Below, piece after piece: positions 1 through 9,691 of a stretch of 64,000 nucleotides of DNA. The stretch is from contig CBDCBX010000018.1 in NCBI GenBank assembly GCA_965214465.1, forward strand, positions 157,881 to 221,880. The letters are read 5' to 3'. The position numbers and the translations under genes were made by a program. The stretch's first letter is position 1; every line of letters starts with the position of its first letter. The DNA is from Acidobacteriota bacterium (GTDB lineage: Bacteria > Acidobacteriota > UBA6911 > RPQK01 > CBDAPI01). Below the pieces are notes generated by a model that saw only the letters and a program-made list of their open reading frames with translations, did no database searches and had not been told where the DNA came from.

Positions 1-2571
1 TGGGTTCTTGAGAACAAATCCTCCTTTGGAGCCCACCGGCACAATCACGGCGTTCTTGGTCATCTGAGTCTTCATCAGGCCCAGCACTTCCGTCCGGAAG
101 TCGTCCGGCCTGTCACTCCAGCGGATGCCCCCCCGGGCCACCCGGCCTCCCCTCAGATGGATTCCTTCCATCCCGGGAGAACCCACGAAGATCTCGAAGA
201 GGGGTCGCGGATCCGGCATCACAGGAACCTTGCTGGAATCGATCTTGAGGGCGATGCGAGGGTGGCCCAGGAAAAAGTTGGTCCGCACGGTGGCCGCGAC
301 GATCCGAAGGAGAGTGCCCAGAGTCTCGTCCTCGGAAAGGGACGAAACCGGCGCCAGTTGCTCGTCGAACGCCAACCTGGCTTTTGCCACTGCTGTTTTT
401 CTAGACCCATTTCCGGAAGCACCGAACCTGGCTTCGAAGAATTCGTAAATGGCCCTGGCGCAACCCGGGTGTTTGACGAGAGCGTCCGCCACGAAACTCA
501 GGCTGGTCGCCGCCTGCACCTGCGAAAGATAGGCCCGATAGGTGCGCAGAACGGCCACCTGTCGAACACTCATCCCGGCTCTCAGAACGAGCCGGTTGAG
601 ACGATCATTGGCGGCACGCCCGTAGAGGAGTTCCAACAGTGCTTCGGTCAATACCTTGCCCAGCCGATCGACATCGATCGGGGAGCCGGAATGATCCAGA
701 ACACGGAAGATGTCGATGCCCAGGCTCGGGTTTCTGGAACCCTCCGGAAGGACTCTGCCGCCATCCGGACTGTACGAAATCTGCTCGATAATTCGGAGTC
801 CGAGGTTCTCCAGGATTGGAAATACCTCACTCAAGACCAGAGTTGACTGCTGATGATAAATCCGGACCTGTGTGGAGACCACCTGATCGCTTCCCCGGGC
901 CCGGGCCACCAGGTCCACCAGGTAAGGGTCGTCGCCCAGAGCCTCCAAATTCTCAATGTCGCGCGCCGCGAGCTGAGTGGACATTTCCACCCGGTAGCCC
1001 TCCTCGAAGGCCTTCGCATAGCCGTCGACCAGCCGTCGCGCCTCGGATCGATCGTGCCGCTTCAGCATCTCGTCTAGGACATCCTCTTCCCAGGATCGAG
1101 TGAATTCAGCAATTTGCCGGTCCAGGCCCGGCAGGTCGACTGCATCGATGGTCAGCTCGGTGGTAAAGAAGAAATGGAGCCGCGCCTTGGCGTCGCCCTC
1201 ACCCATTGCCAGGTGGTAATCGACGTGGTCCGCCTGCAGCCGTTCAGCCAGAAAACCCTGGATTCGCTGTCGGACCTTAGTGCTGAATCGATCGCGCGGT
1301 ATGATGACCATCAGGGCCAGGCCGCGACCGAGTGGATCCGGGCGCGCCGTCAGGCGGACCCGTCTTTGCCGCTCGATTCCCATGATCGTCCGAATGTCCC
1401 GGTGCAGCTGATCGGAAGGAGACCAGAACAACTCATCGCGAGGGATGGAATTGAAAATGGCTGTAACCTGCTTGAAATCGTGAGAACCTTCCACCCCCCC
1501 GTCAAGGGCCAGAACCTGCTTCAGTTTGCGCCGCAGCAACGGGATGAGTTCAACCGAAGTGGAAAGCGCTCTGGATGTAAACAGTCCCAGAAAGCGGCGT
1601 TCTCCGGCGGGGCGCCCCGACTCGTCGTAGACCTTGACTCCGATGTAGTCCATGCGGACGGGACGATGCACCGTAGATTCGGCGTTTGTCTTGGTCACCA
1701 TCAGGACCGGTCCCGAGGTCATCCTCTTTCTCAGTTTCTTCGGAATCTTCTCAAGAGGAGTGGCCTTGAAGTAGGCGCTGTTCTCGATTCTTCGGAGGAT
1801 ACCCAGCCCCGATCCGGGCCGGGTCTGCATGCAACGGCGGCCCTTGTGATCGGAGATCCGATACTCCCTGTAGCCAAGGAACACGAAGTTGTCCGCCAGG
1901 AGCCACTCGACAAAACTGGCGTATTCCCGCAGGTCAACCGCTCCTTCCTGGAAGGGCAAGCCAGCCCCGGCTTCCGCCGCCAGTCCTTTCAGGTAGTCAC
2001 TCAAGTCGAGCGCCTTGTGTTTCATGGCCGGGTAGTCGATGGAAGTGGGAACGACATCTCCGAGGACGCTCATGACGCGGTTCTTGATCTGCTTGTGGTG
2101 CGACCGCTCCACCTGGCGCACCAGAAACAGTTCGTATGCCTCGAGAGTGCTCTCGTCTGGCTGAGGCTTGACTCTCTGCAGTTTCCCGGTCCCATCCCGC
2201 CTGATGCGGATGACGGGGTGCAGGAAATCCACCAGCTCCAACCCCAGAGATGCCAGGCAGCCCGGCACCGAGTCGACCAGGAAGGGGCGGTCCTGCAACA
2301 GGATCTCGACCACCGTAAAGTCGGCCTTCCAGCCATGCCGGCCCGGCGTGGGATTGTAGACTCGTACCTTGATCTCCTCTTTGCGCCGCCGATCGACAAA
2401 GCGCAGTGACGAGCGCGCGATCGCGGCCAGATCCTCGGTGTCAAAAAGGCTCAGAAACCCGACGCCGGCCTTCTCGAAGAGCCAATGGGCAAAGTCGAGG
2501 GAGAACTCCCTGTCCTGGTCTGCGGCTGCAGCCTCAATCGATTCATATACCGGCTTAAGATTCAGGGGCAT
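1..2571 (-). CDS. gdhB: Large NAD-specific glutamate dehydrogenase (Bac_GDH/GDH2 type), 3' part outside window
   Basis: Absent from the ORF track because there is no stop in the window. Manual translation starts MPLNLKPVYESIEAAAADQDREFSLDF at ATG 2571 (AAGGAAG upstream). The same frame reads GRVARGGIRWSDRPDDFRTEVLGLMKTQMTKNAVIVPVGSKGGFVLKNP at the window edge, the family's catalytic motif. Confidence 0.93.
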   Translation of the reverse strand, partial: MPLNLKPVYESIEAAAADQDREFSLDFAHWLFEKAGVGFLSLFDTEDLAAIARSSLRFVDRRRKEEIKVRVYNPTPGRHGWKADFTVVEILLQDRPFLVDSVPGCLASLGLELVDFLHPVIRIRRDGTGKLQRVKPQPDESTLEAYELFLVRQVERSHHKQIKNRVMSVLGDVVPTSIDYPAMKHKALDLSDYLKGLAAEAGAGLPFQEGAVDLREYASFVEWLLADNFVFLGYREYRISDHKGRRCMQTRPGSGLGILRRIENSAYFKATPLEKIPKKLRKRMTSGPVLMVTKTNAESTVHRPVRMDYIGVKVYDESGRPAGERRFLGLFTSRALSTSVELIPLLRRKLKQVLALDGGVEGSHDFKQVTAIFNSIPRDELFWSPSDQLHRDIRTIMGIERQRRVRLTARPDPLGRGLALMVIIPRDRFSTKVRQRIQGFLAERLQADHVDYHLAMGEGDAKARLHFFFTTELTIDAVDLPGLDRQIAEFTRSWEEDVLDEMLKRHDRSEARRLVDGYAKAFEEGYRVEMSTQLAARDIENLEALGDDPYLVDLVARARGSDQVVSTQVRIYHQQSTLVLSEVFPILENLGLRIIEQISYSPDGGRVLPEGSRNPSLGIDIFRVLDHSGSPIDVDRLGKVLTEALLELLYGRAANDRLNRLVLRAGMSVRQVAVLRTYRAYLSQVQAATSLSFVADALVKHPGCARAIYEFFEARFGASGNGSRKTAVAKARLAFDEQLAPVSSLSEDETLGTLLRIVAATVRTNFFLGHPRIALKIDSSKVPVMPDPRPLFEIFVGSPGMEGIHLRGGRVARGGIRWSDRPDDFRTEVLGLMKTQMTKNAVIVPVGSKGGFVLKNP

Positions 2572-2596
2572 CCAGTACTTCCTTACGGACCCGCCG

Positions 2597-3694
2597 CTAG
2601 AGCACGGTTCTAAGCTGCCGGTCTGCAACTGCAGCTTCCATGGCCAGGCTCACGAGCCGTTCGACCAGCTCGGCGTAACCGACACCGCTTGCCTTCCAGA
2701 GCATCGGATACATGCTGATTGTCGTAAATCCGGGGATCGCGTTCAACTCGTTGACAACCACCTCATCCTTGGTCACGAAGAAGTCAACCCGTGCCATTCC
2801 TCGACATCCGAAGAGCCGAAAGGTATCCACTGCCAGCTGGCGCACCCGGGCCGCTTGCTCCTCAGAGATCCGGGCTGGAATTCGGAGCTCAGCACCATCC
2901 GGGTCCAGATACTTCGCCTGGTAGGAATAGAATCCATTCCTGGGCAGGATCTCACCCACAATAGAAGCCTCTGGATGATCGTTTCCCAGGACGGCACATT
3001 CGACTTCCTGCCCCTGGATGGCCTCTTCCACAACGACCCGGTGGTCGAATTGGAAGGCCTCATCCAGGGCTTCATCCATCTGCCCGGCTGAGTCGACTCT
3101 GGAAATCCCCACGGACGATCCCAGATTGGCCGGCTTGACGAAGAGAGGCAAACCGAGTTCGGCCACGATTCGACTCACCCGTTCCTCGCTGCGCCCGGTC
3201 CGATCAAGAGTCCGCCCCCTGGCGTGGGGGACTCCGGCCTGAGCCAGCACACGTTTGGCCATTTCCTTGTCCATTGTGAGAGAGGAGGCCAGGACCCCGC
3301 ATCCGACCATCGGAACCTGTGCCAGCTTCAAATGGCCCTGAATCGTTCCATCCTCTCCGTAAGGTCCATGCAGCACCGGGAAGATCACGTCCAGCGTCCC
3401 GCTGGACTTGCCGTCCCGGACGCGTCGCAGGTCATTGCCCGATGCCCAGGGCAAGAGGGTTACTTGATGGAAATCCTTCAGACTCAGGGCGATTTTCTCG
3501 GGGTCTTCCGGGTGCTCCAGAAAATCTCGATTCTCACAGTGGTACCACCGTCCCGCCTTGTCGATCGCAATCAGAACCGGCAGCAGCCGGGACGGATCCA
3601 TGGCCTCGATAATGTTCTGAACCGACTGTAGAGAGACTTCATGCTCGGCGGATTGCCCCCCGAACAGGAGTCCAACTCGGATGGGCTGACTCAT
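2597..3694 (-). CDS. ddl: D-alanine--D-alanine ligase
   Basis: GLLFGGQSAEHEVS, FPVLHGPYGEDGTIQG, FVKPANLGSSVG, NELNAIPGFT motifs; start placed at MSQPIRV. Confidence 0.96.
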   Translation of the reverse strand: MSQPIRVGLLFGGQSAEHEVSLQSVQNIIEAMDPSRLLPVLIAIDKAGRWYHCENRDFLEHPEDPEKIALSLKDFHQVTLLPWASGNDLRRVRDGKSSGTLDVIFPVLHGPYGEDGTIQGHLKLAQVPMVGCGVLASSLTMDKEMAKRVLAQAGVPHARGRTLDRTGRSEERVSRIVAELGLPLFVKPANLGSSVGISRVDSAGQMDEALDEAFQFDHRVVVEEAIQGQEVECAVLGNDHPEASIVGEILPRNGFYSYQAKYLDPDGAELRIPARISEEQAARVRQLAVDTFRLFGCRGMARVDFFVTKDEVVVNELNAIPGFTTISMYPMLWKASGVGYAELVERLVSLAMEAAVADRQLRTVL

Positions 3695-3747
3695 CCAGTC
3701 CATAGTATGAGAAGGCCCTGAAAGGTTCCTTGTGGGGCCGGAAGAGA

Positions 3748-3900
3748 GTGGGAGCGGCCTCCGTGCCGCGGACATTGACGAAACAGGCTACCGGAGTTCG
3801 GACCGCGGAGGGTCCTCCCACATTCCGGGCCGGCACAAGACCGGACCCTACGGGGTGCAGCAGCCGGCAGATTCGTAGGGGCGACCCTGGTGATCGCCCG
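3748..3900. repeat. Cluster of four REP-like GTAG/GTGG-footed palindromes (two families)
   Basis: GTGGGAGCGGCCTCCGTGCCGCG / CGGACCGCGGAGGGTCCTCCCAC and GGGCCGGCACAAGACCGGACCCTAC / GTAGGGGCGACCCTGGTGATCGCCC; related copies at 8701 and 28051. Confidence 0.8.
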
Positions 3901-3906
3901 AAGCGT

Positions 3907-5190
3907 TCACGCGGTCTTGATGAAATCGAGAGAGGGATCTGTGAAGTTGGCGCCCAGAACCTCGGTGGAATCGGCCCCCAGCCAGCCTGAGAGAAGGTGG
4001 GCATACACCGACCGGAAGTCAACCGAGTACTTCATGTCCCCAACGTTGTCGAGATCTCCAGGAGCCAGCGAAGGATGTGCCCCGTCATAGCCACTTCGCA
4101 CGTTGGCAGGATCTCCGATCACGAACATCTGGTTGGCTGTACCGTGGTCACTCCCGTTGCTGCCATTGTCGCGCAGACGACGGCCAAACTCCGACCAGGT
4201 GAAGATAACGACGTCCTGCTCCCGACCCATCTCCACCATGTCGTCATGAAACGCCTTCAGGGTCTGGGAGACGCCGCCCAGAAGATTGCTGTGGTTACCC
4301 TGCTGAGGATTCCCTCCCACCACCTGATTGGCGTGTGTGTCGAAGCCTCCGGTTTTGGCATAGAAGACGGTCACGCCCAGATCAGCCGCAATGATTTGAG
4401 CGATGGTTCTCATGTTTCCGGAGAACGCCCCCCCGGGATACTGAACCGTACTCGAGTAATTGTCACGGCCCTCCAGCAAGGCGATCGAACTGGCGGCTGC
4501 GTCCAGGATGGTCTCACTCACGTAGTCCTGGAATCCAAACTCTTTCTGCGGTTGCGACAGCAGCTCCTGGAAGGCCGCATTCTTGTTGGAGGCGTCCTCG
4601 GGATGAAAGGGATCCGTCTGAATCTGATAGGTGTCGACATTGAGGATGGAAGGTGCCGAACCCTCCGAGGAGACCATCGAGCGTGGCACCGATCCTCCGA
4701 TGTTCACTCCCACCAGATCCTCCGGATCCTCCAGGCTGTTGAAATAGTTGGCCAGCCAGCCTCCAGAGGCTACACTTTCGGGCTCAGCCGTGTGCCAGAT
4801 ATCGCGAGACCGGAAGTGGGACCGGTTCGGATTCGGGTAACCCACTCCCTGAACAATGGTCAGCAGATCGTCGTCCCACAGCTCCTTGAAACCGGTCATG
4901 GCCGGATGCAGCGCGTACTCGGAATCGAGGGTCAAGAGGTTGGGAGCCCCAGCCAGCCCCAGACTTTGCCGGGCTTGCTGGTAGAAATCATTTGTATAGG
5001 GGATGACCGTGTTGAGCCCGTCGTTGCCACCGGCCAGTTCAACAACTACCAGGATGCGATTCGGGTTTCCCAGATCGGCATTGAGCATCCCGCTCGCTTT
5101 AGCTCCCTGGATACTCTTGACCAGAAACGTGGGCGCCACGGTAACTGTAGATAACAGTGTGAACTTCTTGATGAAATCTCGTCTTTCCAT
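3907..5190 (-). CDS. DUF1501 family protein with Tat signal
   Basis: MERRDFIK twin-arginine leader; LAGGNDGLNTVIPY, PNRSHFRS, GGFDTHANQ, WSEFGRR, GSDHG motifs. Confidence 0.9.
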   Translation of the reverse strand: MERRDFIKKFTLLSTVTVAPTFLVKSIQGAKASGMLNADLGNPNRILVVVELAGGNDGLNTVIPYTNDFYQQARQSLGLAGAPNLLTLDSEYALHPAMTGFKELWDDDLLTIVQGVGYPNPNRSHFRSRDIWHTAEPESVASGGWLANYFNSLEDPEDLVGVNIGGSVPRSMVSSEGSAPSILNVDTYQIQTDPFHPEDASNKNAAFQELLSQPQKEFGFQDYVSETILDAAASSIALLEGRDNYSSTVQYPGGAFSGNMRTIAQIIAADLGVTVFYAKTGGFDTHANQVVGGNPQQGNHSNLLGGVSQTLKAFHDDMVEMGREQDVVIFTWSEFGRRLRDNGSNGSDHGTANQMFVIGDPANVRSGYDGAHPSLAPGDLDNVGDMKYSVDFRSVYAHLLSGWLGADSTEVLGANFTDPSLDFIKTA

Positions 5191-5204
5191 CTTCGTACTC
5201 GCTC

Positions 5205-5369
5205 CTAGTGCACTGTCCGGAAAGTTCACGCCGCTACTTCGGGCGTCTTTTCACCGACAGCTTTGCTGCTCTACCTCGAAATACTCCCGGCATTCCTGCG
5301 TCGCGCACCTCACTGACGACGAAAATCCATCCCGAACTAACCCCGCGAACTTCCCGGACAGTACACTAG
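5205..5369. mobile_element. MITE (~165 bp) flanked by CTAG
   Basis: Terminal IRs CTAGTGCACTGTCCGGAAAGTTCACG (5205-5230) and CGCGAACTTCCCGGACAGTACACTAG (5344-5369), 23/26 complementary; non-coding interior. Confidence 0.8.
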
Positions 5370-7052
5370 TTGAGCTGGTATGTCGGTAGTAATGAAAGCA
5401 AAAAGATCACGCCGCGCACCTTGGCGTCCACCATCACCGGGTCGTTGATGTCGAACAGCTCCGGGAGCCCATCCGGGCCCCTGTTCATGTACTCTTCCAG
5501 GATGTAAGCGTCATCAATGGTCTGATCTTCCTACAGCAGGGCGTTGGCAAAGTAACTCACGATGTCAGGCGCAAAACGCAGGTTGTTGCTTTCAATGATC
5601 CCAAATCGCGATGTCGACTTGATCCTGTGACTGGCTGCGGCGACAAATCTGCTCAAAAAAGGATTCCCGGTCTGTGAAGGGGGGATCCCCGGGATTGCGC
5701 CCGCGGTTGCAGCTCACATAGTACATGAAATTGAAACGCGCAATCACGGTCCCTGTATTGATCCATCCTTCGTCATGCGGCCAGCCGCCCACATCGGGCG
5801 GAAGGAACAACTGCTGCCCCAGGCCAAAGATTTCCGAGTAGGGCGAGACCCAGAACGGGTCCACGACCCCCAGCTCACGATAGGCTCCTACCATGAACTC
5901 AATCGGGCTCTTGATCTTGGCTCGATAGGCCTTGCTGGACATGAAATGAGGATGAGTGAAGATGGCCCGCATGAGAGGCTTGAGCTCGTAATTGCTAGAG
6001 CGGAAGACCTCGGCCAGCTCCTGGATAATCTGGTCGCTGGGGTCGTTGTAGACGAAATATTCCCACAGCTTGCGGGTGATAAAGATGGCCGTCTGCGGTT
6101 GCTCGAAAATGATGTCGATGACCCGTTCTCCGTCGATGATCGAAGACGGCGCCTCGGGATCATCGGGATCAGGAGAGACAATCACCTGGCCCAGAACGGT
6201 CTTGGGCTGGAAGTCGTGCCACGGAGGGAAGAAATAGAAGTCCCATGCTTTTCTTACGCCCGGGATCTGGAGTCGGCCATTGGAGGTCCAACCTGTGAAA
6301 GCCCGTGCGGCTTCCTGGATGTCAAACTCGGTATAGGCGGCACTCTCACTGCTCTCCCCCACGGTGAACAGCTCCAGCAGTTCGCGGGCCCAGTTCTCAT
6401 TCGCATTTCCGACCCGGTTCTCGCGGTTGTTGAGCCACAGGATCATGGCCGGATCGCGAGCAATGGCGTGAACCATTTCCTTGAAGTTGCCCAGGGCGTA
6501 CTGGCGCAGCATCTCGTTCTGCACCAGACTCAGCGGCCTTTCGGTGCCGTCCAGTATCGCGTTGTCACCCCTCGGCGCTCCCAGAACGTAGTTGACCTGC
6601 AGGACGGAGGTCGCGAAGTGGTCGTGCCAGAACATGGCCATTTTCTCGAGAAGCTGGCGCCGGCTGTGGATCATGCGGTACAGCCACCATCTCTGCAGGT
6701 TCCCGATGTTGGTCCTGTACTGCCCATTGTTGTTCTGTCGAATCAGCGATAGGCCAGCGGCTTCCAGCCCGGCTTCCATTTCTGAATCATCGATGGCTTC
6801 GTAGTCGAGAAGCTCGCTCAAGGTGACCTCGAAGCCTTGTCCGACCAGGCGCCCGATCTCCTCTGGAGGAGCGCTGAAGCCGCCTCGCCTCATCAGGTGA
6901 GCGGCAGCCCCTGTGCCCCAGGTGAGAGCTTGAATTCTCTCGCCACCTGTATCACGCCCTGGGTAGCGCCAGCTACCACCACCGCGCCCTACCTGGGCCG
7001 CAAGCTGGGAGCAGAACAGAAAAAAGGTCAGGATGAAAGTAATTCGCACCAT
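5366..7052 (-). pseudogene. DUF1800 family protein with a frameshift (~5600) and an in-frame TAG (5531-5533); pseudogene or consensus error
   Basis: LEKMAMFWHDHFAT, NENWARELLELFTVG, PPDVGGW motifs. A family-like C-terminus (...KVRGVIFLLSLLPTYQLN*) continues in another frame to TAG at 5366. Confidence 0.8.
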
Positions 7053-7265
7053 TAGTAAAGACCGTTCAAACCGCATTGAAAGTTCATTACGAACGCCGGT
7101 TTCTGATGTTTCATGCAAAATGCTATTTTTTTAGCAATTATACATTGTCACGGCTTTTCTTGCACGGGCTATGATCAGCCAGGTTGTTATTTATTCTAAA
7201 CTATTGGGCCTACTATTTGTCTACCCCATCGTTGCAGCGCGTTGCCCCTGCTACACTTCTTCCTG

Positions 7266-8684
7266 ATGCCACTCCGGAGTTCGACTCAGCTCGCAGCATT
7301 CATCCTTTTTTTCATTCTGCTGGCTCTGACGGTTCCTCCTCCTTTCGGGGTGACGGCTCTTCAGTGGGACACCTTCTGCCTCTTCATTGGAACCATCACG
7401 GTCATTCTCTGGAACCGATATCCAATCATGGTGGTGGTCCTGATCTCACTGGCCCTGGGAATGGTCTTGAAGACAATGTCTCTGGAGCAAGCGCTGCGGG
7501 GCTATTCTTCGAGCGTCACCTGGATCATCTTGATGGCGTTCATTTTCGCCCGGACCTTCATCAAGACGGGCCTGGGAAGGCGGATCGCGCTGCTACTGAT
7601 CCGGCAACTGGGTTCGAGTTCCCTGCGCCTGGGCTATTCCTTTGCCCTGTCTGATCTGGTGCTGGCTCCGGTGACCCCTTCCAACACGGCCCGGGCGGGC
7701 GGCATCATTTATCCAATCGCCCGGAGTCTGGTGCGCGAATTCGACTCCCATCCGGGCCCGACTGCGCGCCGCATCGGAGCGTATGTGCTCTTCACCGCCT
7801 ATCAGTCCAACATCGTAACCAGTGCCCTGTTTCTGACGGCAATGGCAGCCAACGGGCTTTCGACACAACTGGCCATGGACAGCACCGGCGTGGTCATCGA
7901 CTGGGGCACCTGGTTCAAAGCCGCCTCGGTTCCCGGCTTCTGCTCCTTTCTTCTGGTTCCTCTGCTCATCTACGTGGCCTACCCTCCGGAAATCAAAAAG
8001 ACACCGGAGGCAGGTCGATTTGCCCGCCGAGAGCTCTCCGCCCTGGGCCCTGTGAGTCGCGATGAAAGGATCCTGGGTCTGACGTTTCTACTGCTGGCCC
8101 TGACCTGGGCAACATCTGGCTGGCATGGCACCAGCACGGTAGCGGCGGCATTTCTTGCCGTTTGCGTCCTCCTCGTGGCTGAAGTCCTGGAACCCAAGGA
8201 TCTCTCCGGCGAGTCCTCTGCCTGGGAAACCTTTCTCTGGTTCGGGGGGTTTCTCTCCATAGCCGGGACAGTCTCGGACAGTGGTCTCATTCAATTCCTG
8301 GTCTCCGGTCTGGGAGTCTGGTTTCAATCCTGGAATCCCATCCTGGCTCTGGTCGTGCTGGTCATCGCCTATACCTATCTGCACTACCTCTTCGCCGGAA
8401 TGACGGCCCAGATCATCGCCTTGTATGCGGCCTTCCTGACCCTGGCCGTCGCGGCCGGAGCCCCGCCACTCCTTTCAGCTCTGGTACTGGCTTTCTTCTC
8501 CAATCTGTATGCCTGCCTGACGCACTACGGAGACGGCGCGGCTCCCATCTTCTTCGGATCGGGCTATATTGAAGTGAAGGACTGGTGGAGGATTGGCTTC
8601 CTGCTTCGGCCCGAATCCGTCCTGCACCTTGTCGTGTGGCTGGGGGTGGGCTTGCCATGGTGGAAACTAATCGGGATTTACTGA
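7266..8684 (+). CDS. DASS family (CitT/DiT-like) di/tricarboxylate:anion transporter
   Basis: KTGLGRRIA, PSNTARAGGIIYPI, LTHYGDGAAPIFFGSGY, WWRIG motifs; multiple TM segments. Confidence 0.92.
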   Translation: MPLRSSTQLAAFILFFILLALTVPPPFGVTALQWDTFCLFIGTITVILWNRYPIMVVVLISLALGMVLKTMSLEQALRGYSSSVTWIILMAFIFARTFIKTGLGRRIALLLIRQLGSSSLRLGYSFALSDLVLAPVTPSNTARAGGIIYPIARSLVREFDSHPGPTARRIGAYVLFTAYQSNIVTSALFLTAMAANGLSTQLAMDSTGVVIDWGTWFKAASVPGFCSFLLVPLLIYVAYPPEIKKTPEAGRFARRELSALGPVSRDERILGLTFLLLALTWATSGWHGTSTVAAAFLAVCVLLVAEVLEPKDLSGESSAWETFLWFGGFLSIAGTVSDSGLIQFLVSGLGVWFQSWNPILALVVLVIAYTYLHYLFAGMTAQIIALYAAFLTLAVAAGAPPLLSALVLAFFSNLYACLTHYGDGAAPIFFGSGYIEVKDWWRIGFLLRPESVLHLVVWLGVGLPWWKLIGIY

Positions 8685-8698
8685 CCTTAGATCTCGAA

Positions 8699-8760
8699 CC
8701 GTAGGGGCGACCCTGGTGGTCGCCCGTCCAGACGGGCCGGCACAAGACCGGCCCCTACGG
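8699..8760. repeat. REPIN (inverted REP doublet) between convergent genes
   Basis: CCGTAGGGGCGACCCTGGTGGTCGCCC...GGGCCGGCACAAGACCGGCCCCTACGG; units near-identical to 3826-3900. Confidence 0.8.
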
Positions 8761-8797
8761 GGTACCACACCACCCGAGTAGGCCGGAACCCGCTAAC

Positions 8798-9691
8798 CTA
8801 TTTGGCCCTTGGATGAGTACGGTTGTAGACCTCCCGCAGCCGGTGCTTCGCGACATGGGTGTAGATCTGGGTGGTTGAGATGTCGGCGTGACCGAGCATC
8901 ATCTGCAGGGCGCGCAGGTCGACATCGTTTTCCAGAAGGTGGGTGGCAAAACTGTGGCGGAGCATGTGAGGACTCAGCTTGCCTTCCCTGCCCAGGGCCC
9001 TTCCATAACGGTTCAGAAGCATCCAGAAATACTGCCGGCTCATGGGACCTCCCTGCTGGGTCAGGAACACGTACTTGGAGGTTCCTCCTTTCAGGAAGCG
9101 TGGACGGGCTTCCTTCAGATAGGTTCGAAGGCAGCCCAGAGCCGATTCCCCGATTGGCACCGTCCTTTGTTTGTTACCCTTCCCCACCGGCTGCAGGATG
9201 CCCATTTCCAGGTTCACTTCCCCCGGCTTGAGCCCCACCAGTTCACTGACTCGGAGACCAGTTGCATACAGCACCTCGAGCATGGCTCGATCGCGCACCC
9301 CGTGGGGCGACTCCAGATCGGGTGCGGCCAGGAGACCCTCGACTTCCTCCCTTGTGAAGTACTCCGGAAGGGTGTGCCAGACCCTGGGCGTCTCCAGGTT
9401 CTGGGCGGGATTCAGTTCGAGATATCCATCCAGAACCAGAAATTTGAAAAAGCCTCGCAAGCTCACGATCTTCCTCATCACGGAGCGGGGAGAAAGCCGC
9501 TCATACAGTCTCTGGAGAAACCGGCTCAGATCAAGATGTTGGACAGCTTTGAGCTTCTTCTCTTCGTCTTCGAGGAAGGCCAGGAACTCCTCGATATCGG
9601 ATCGGTAAGCGGTGATCGTGTTGGTGGCCAAGCCCTTCTCGACCCGGAGGTAGTTCAGGAAGTTGTGAAAAGCCAGTTGAGCGAGATTCAA
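8798..9691 (-). CDS. xerD: Tyrosine recombinase XerD
   Basis: RDRAMLEVLYATGLRVSEL, SPHMLRHSFATHLL, LGHADISTTQIYTHV; 297 aa. Confidence 0.93.
   Translation of the reverse strand: MNLAQLAFHNFLNYLRVEKGLATNTITAYRSDIEEFLAFLEDEEKKLKAVQHLDLSRFLQRLYERLSPRSVMRKIVSLRGFFKFLVLDGYLELNPAQNLETPRVWHTLPEYFTREEVEGLLAAPDLESPHGVRDRAMLEVLYATGLRVSELVGLKPGEVNLEMGILQPVGKGNKQRTVPIGESALGCLRTYLKEARPRFLKGGTSKYVFLTQQGGPMSRQYFWMLLNRYGRALGREGKLSPHMLRHSFATHLLENDVDLRALQMMLGHADISTTQIYTHVAKHRLREVYNRTHPRAK

Noticed and set aside
125-2409. Long + strand ORFs (229 aa, 431 aa)
   Set aside because: Antisense shadows of the glutamate dehydrogenase gene on the minus strand; most long overlapping ORFs in the track are similar GC-rich shadows.
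3748-3900. Possible CRISPR or attC array
   Set aside because: Units are inverted, heterogeneous REP-type hairpins without regular repeat-spacer periodicity; no cas or intI gene.
5531-5533. TAG recoding or readthrough
   Set aside because: TAG is a normal stop for many genes here (ddl, xerD, mqnC, hemW), and a frameshift lies right beside it.
7121-7136. TGCTA-N6-TAGCA palindrome as an operator
   Set aside because: Short, single occurrence in an AT-rich divergent promoter region; no regulator can be assigned.
8798-9691. Tyrosine recombinase as the island integrase
   Set aside because: Typical housekeeping XerD size and motifs, coupled to murJ and far from the island.
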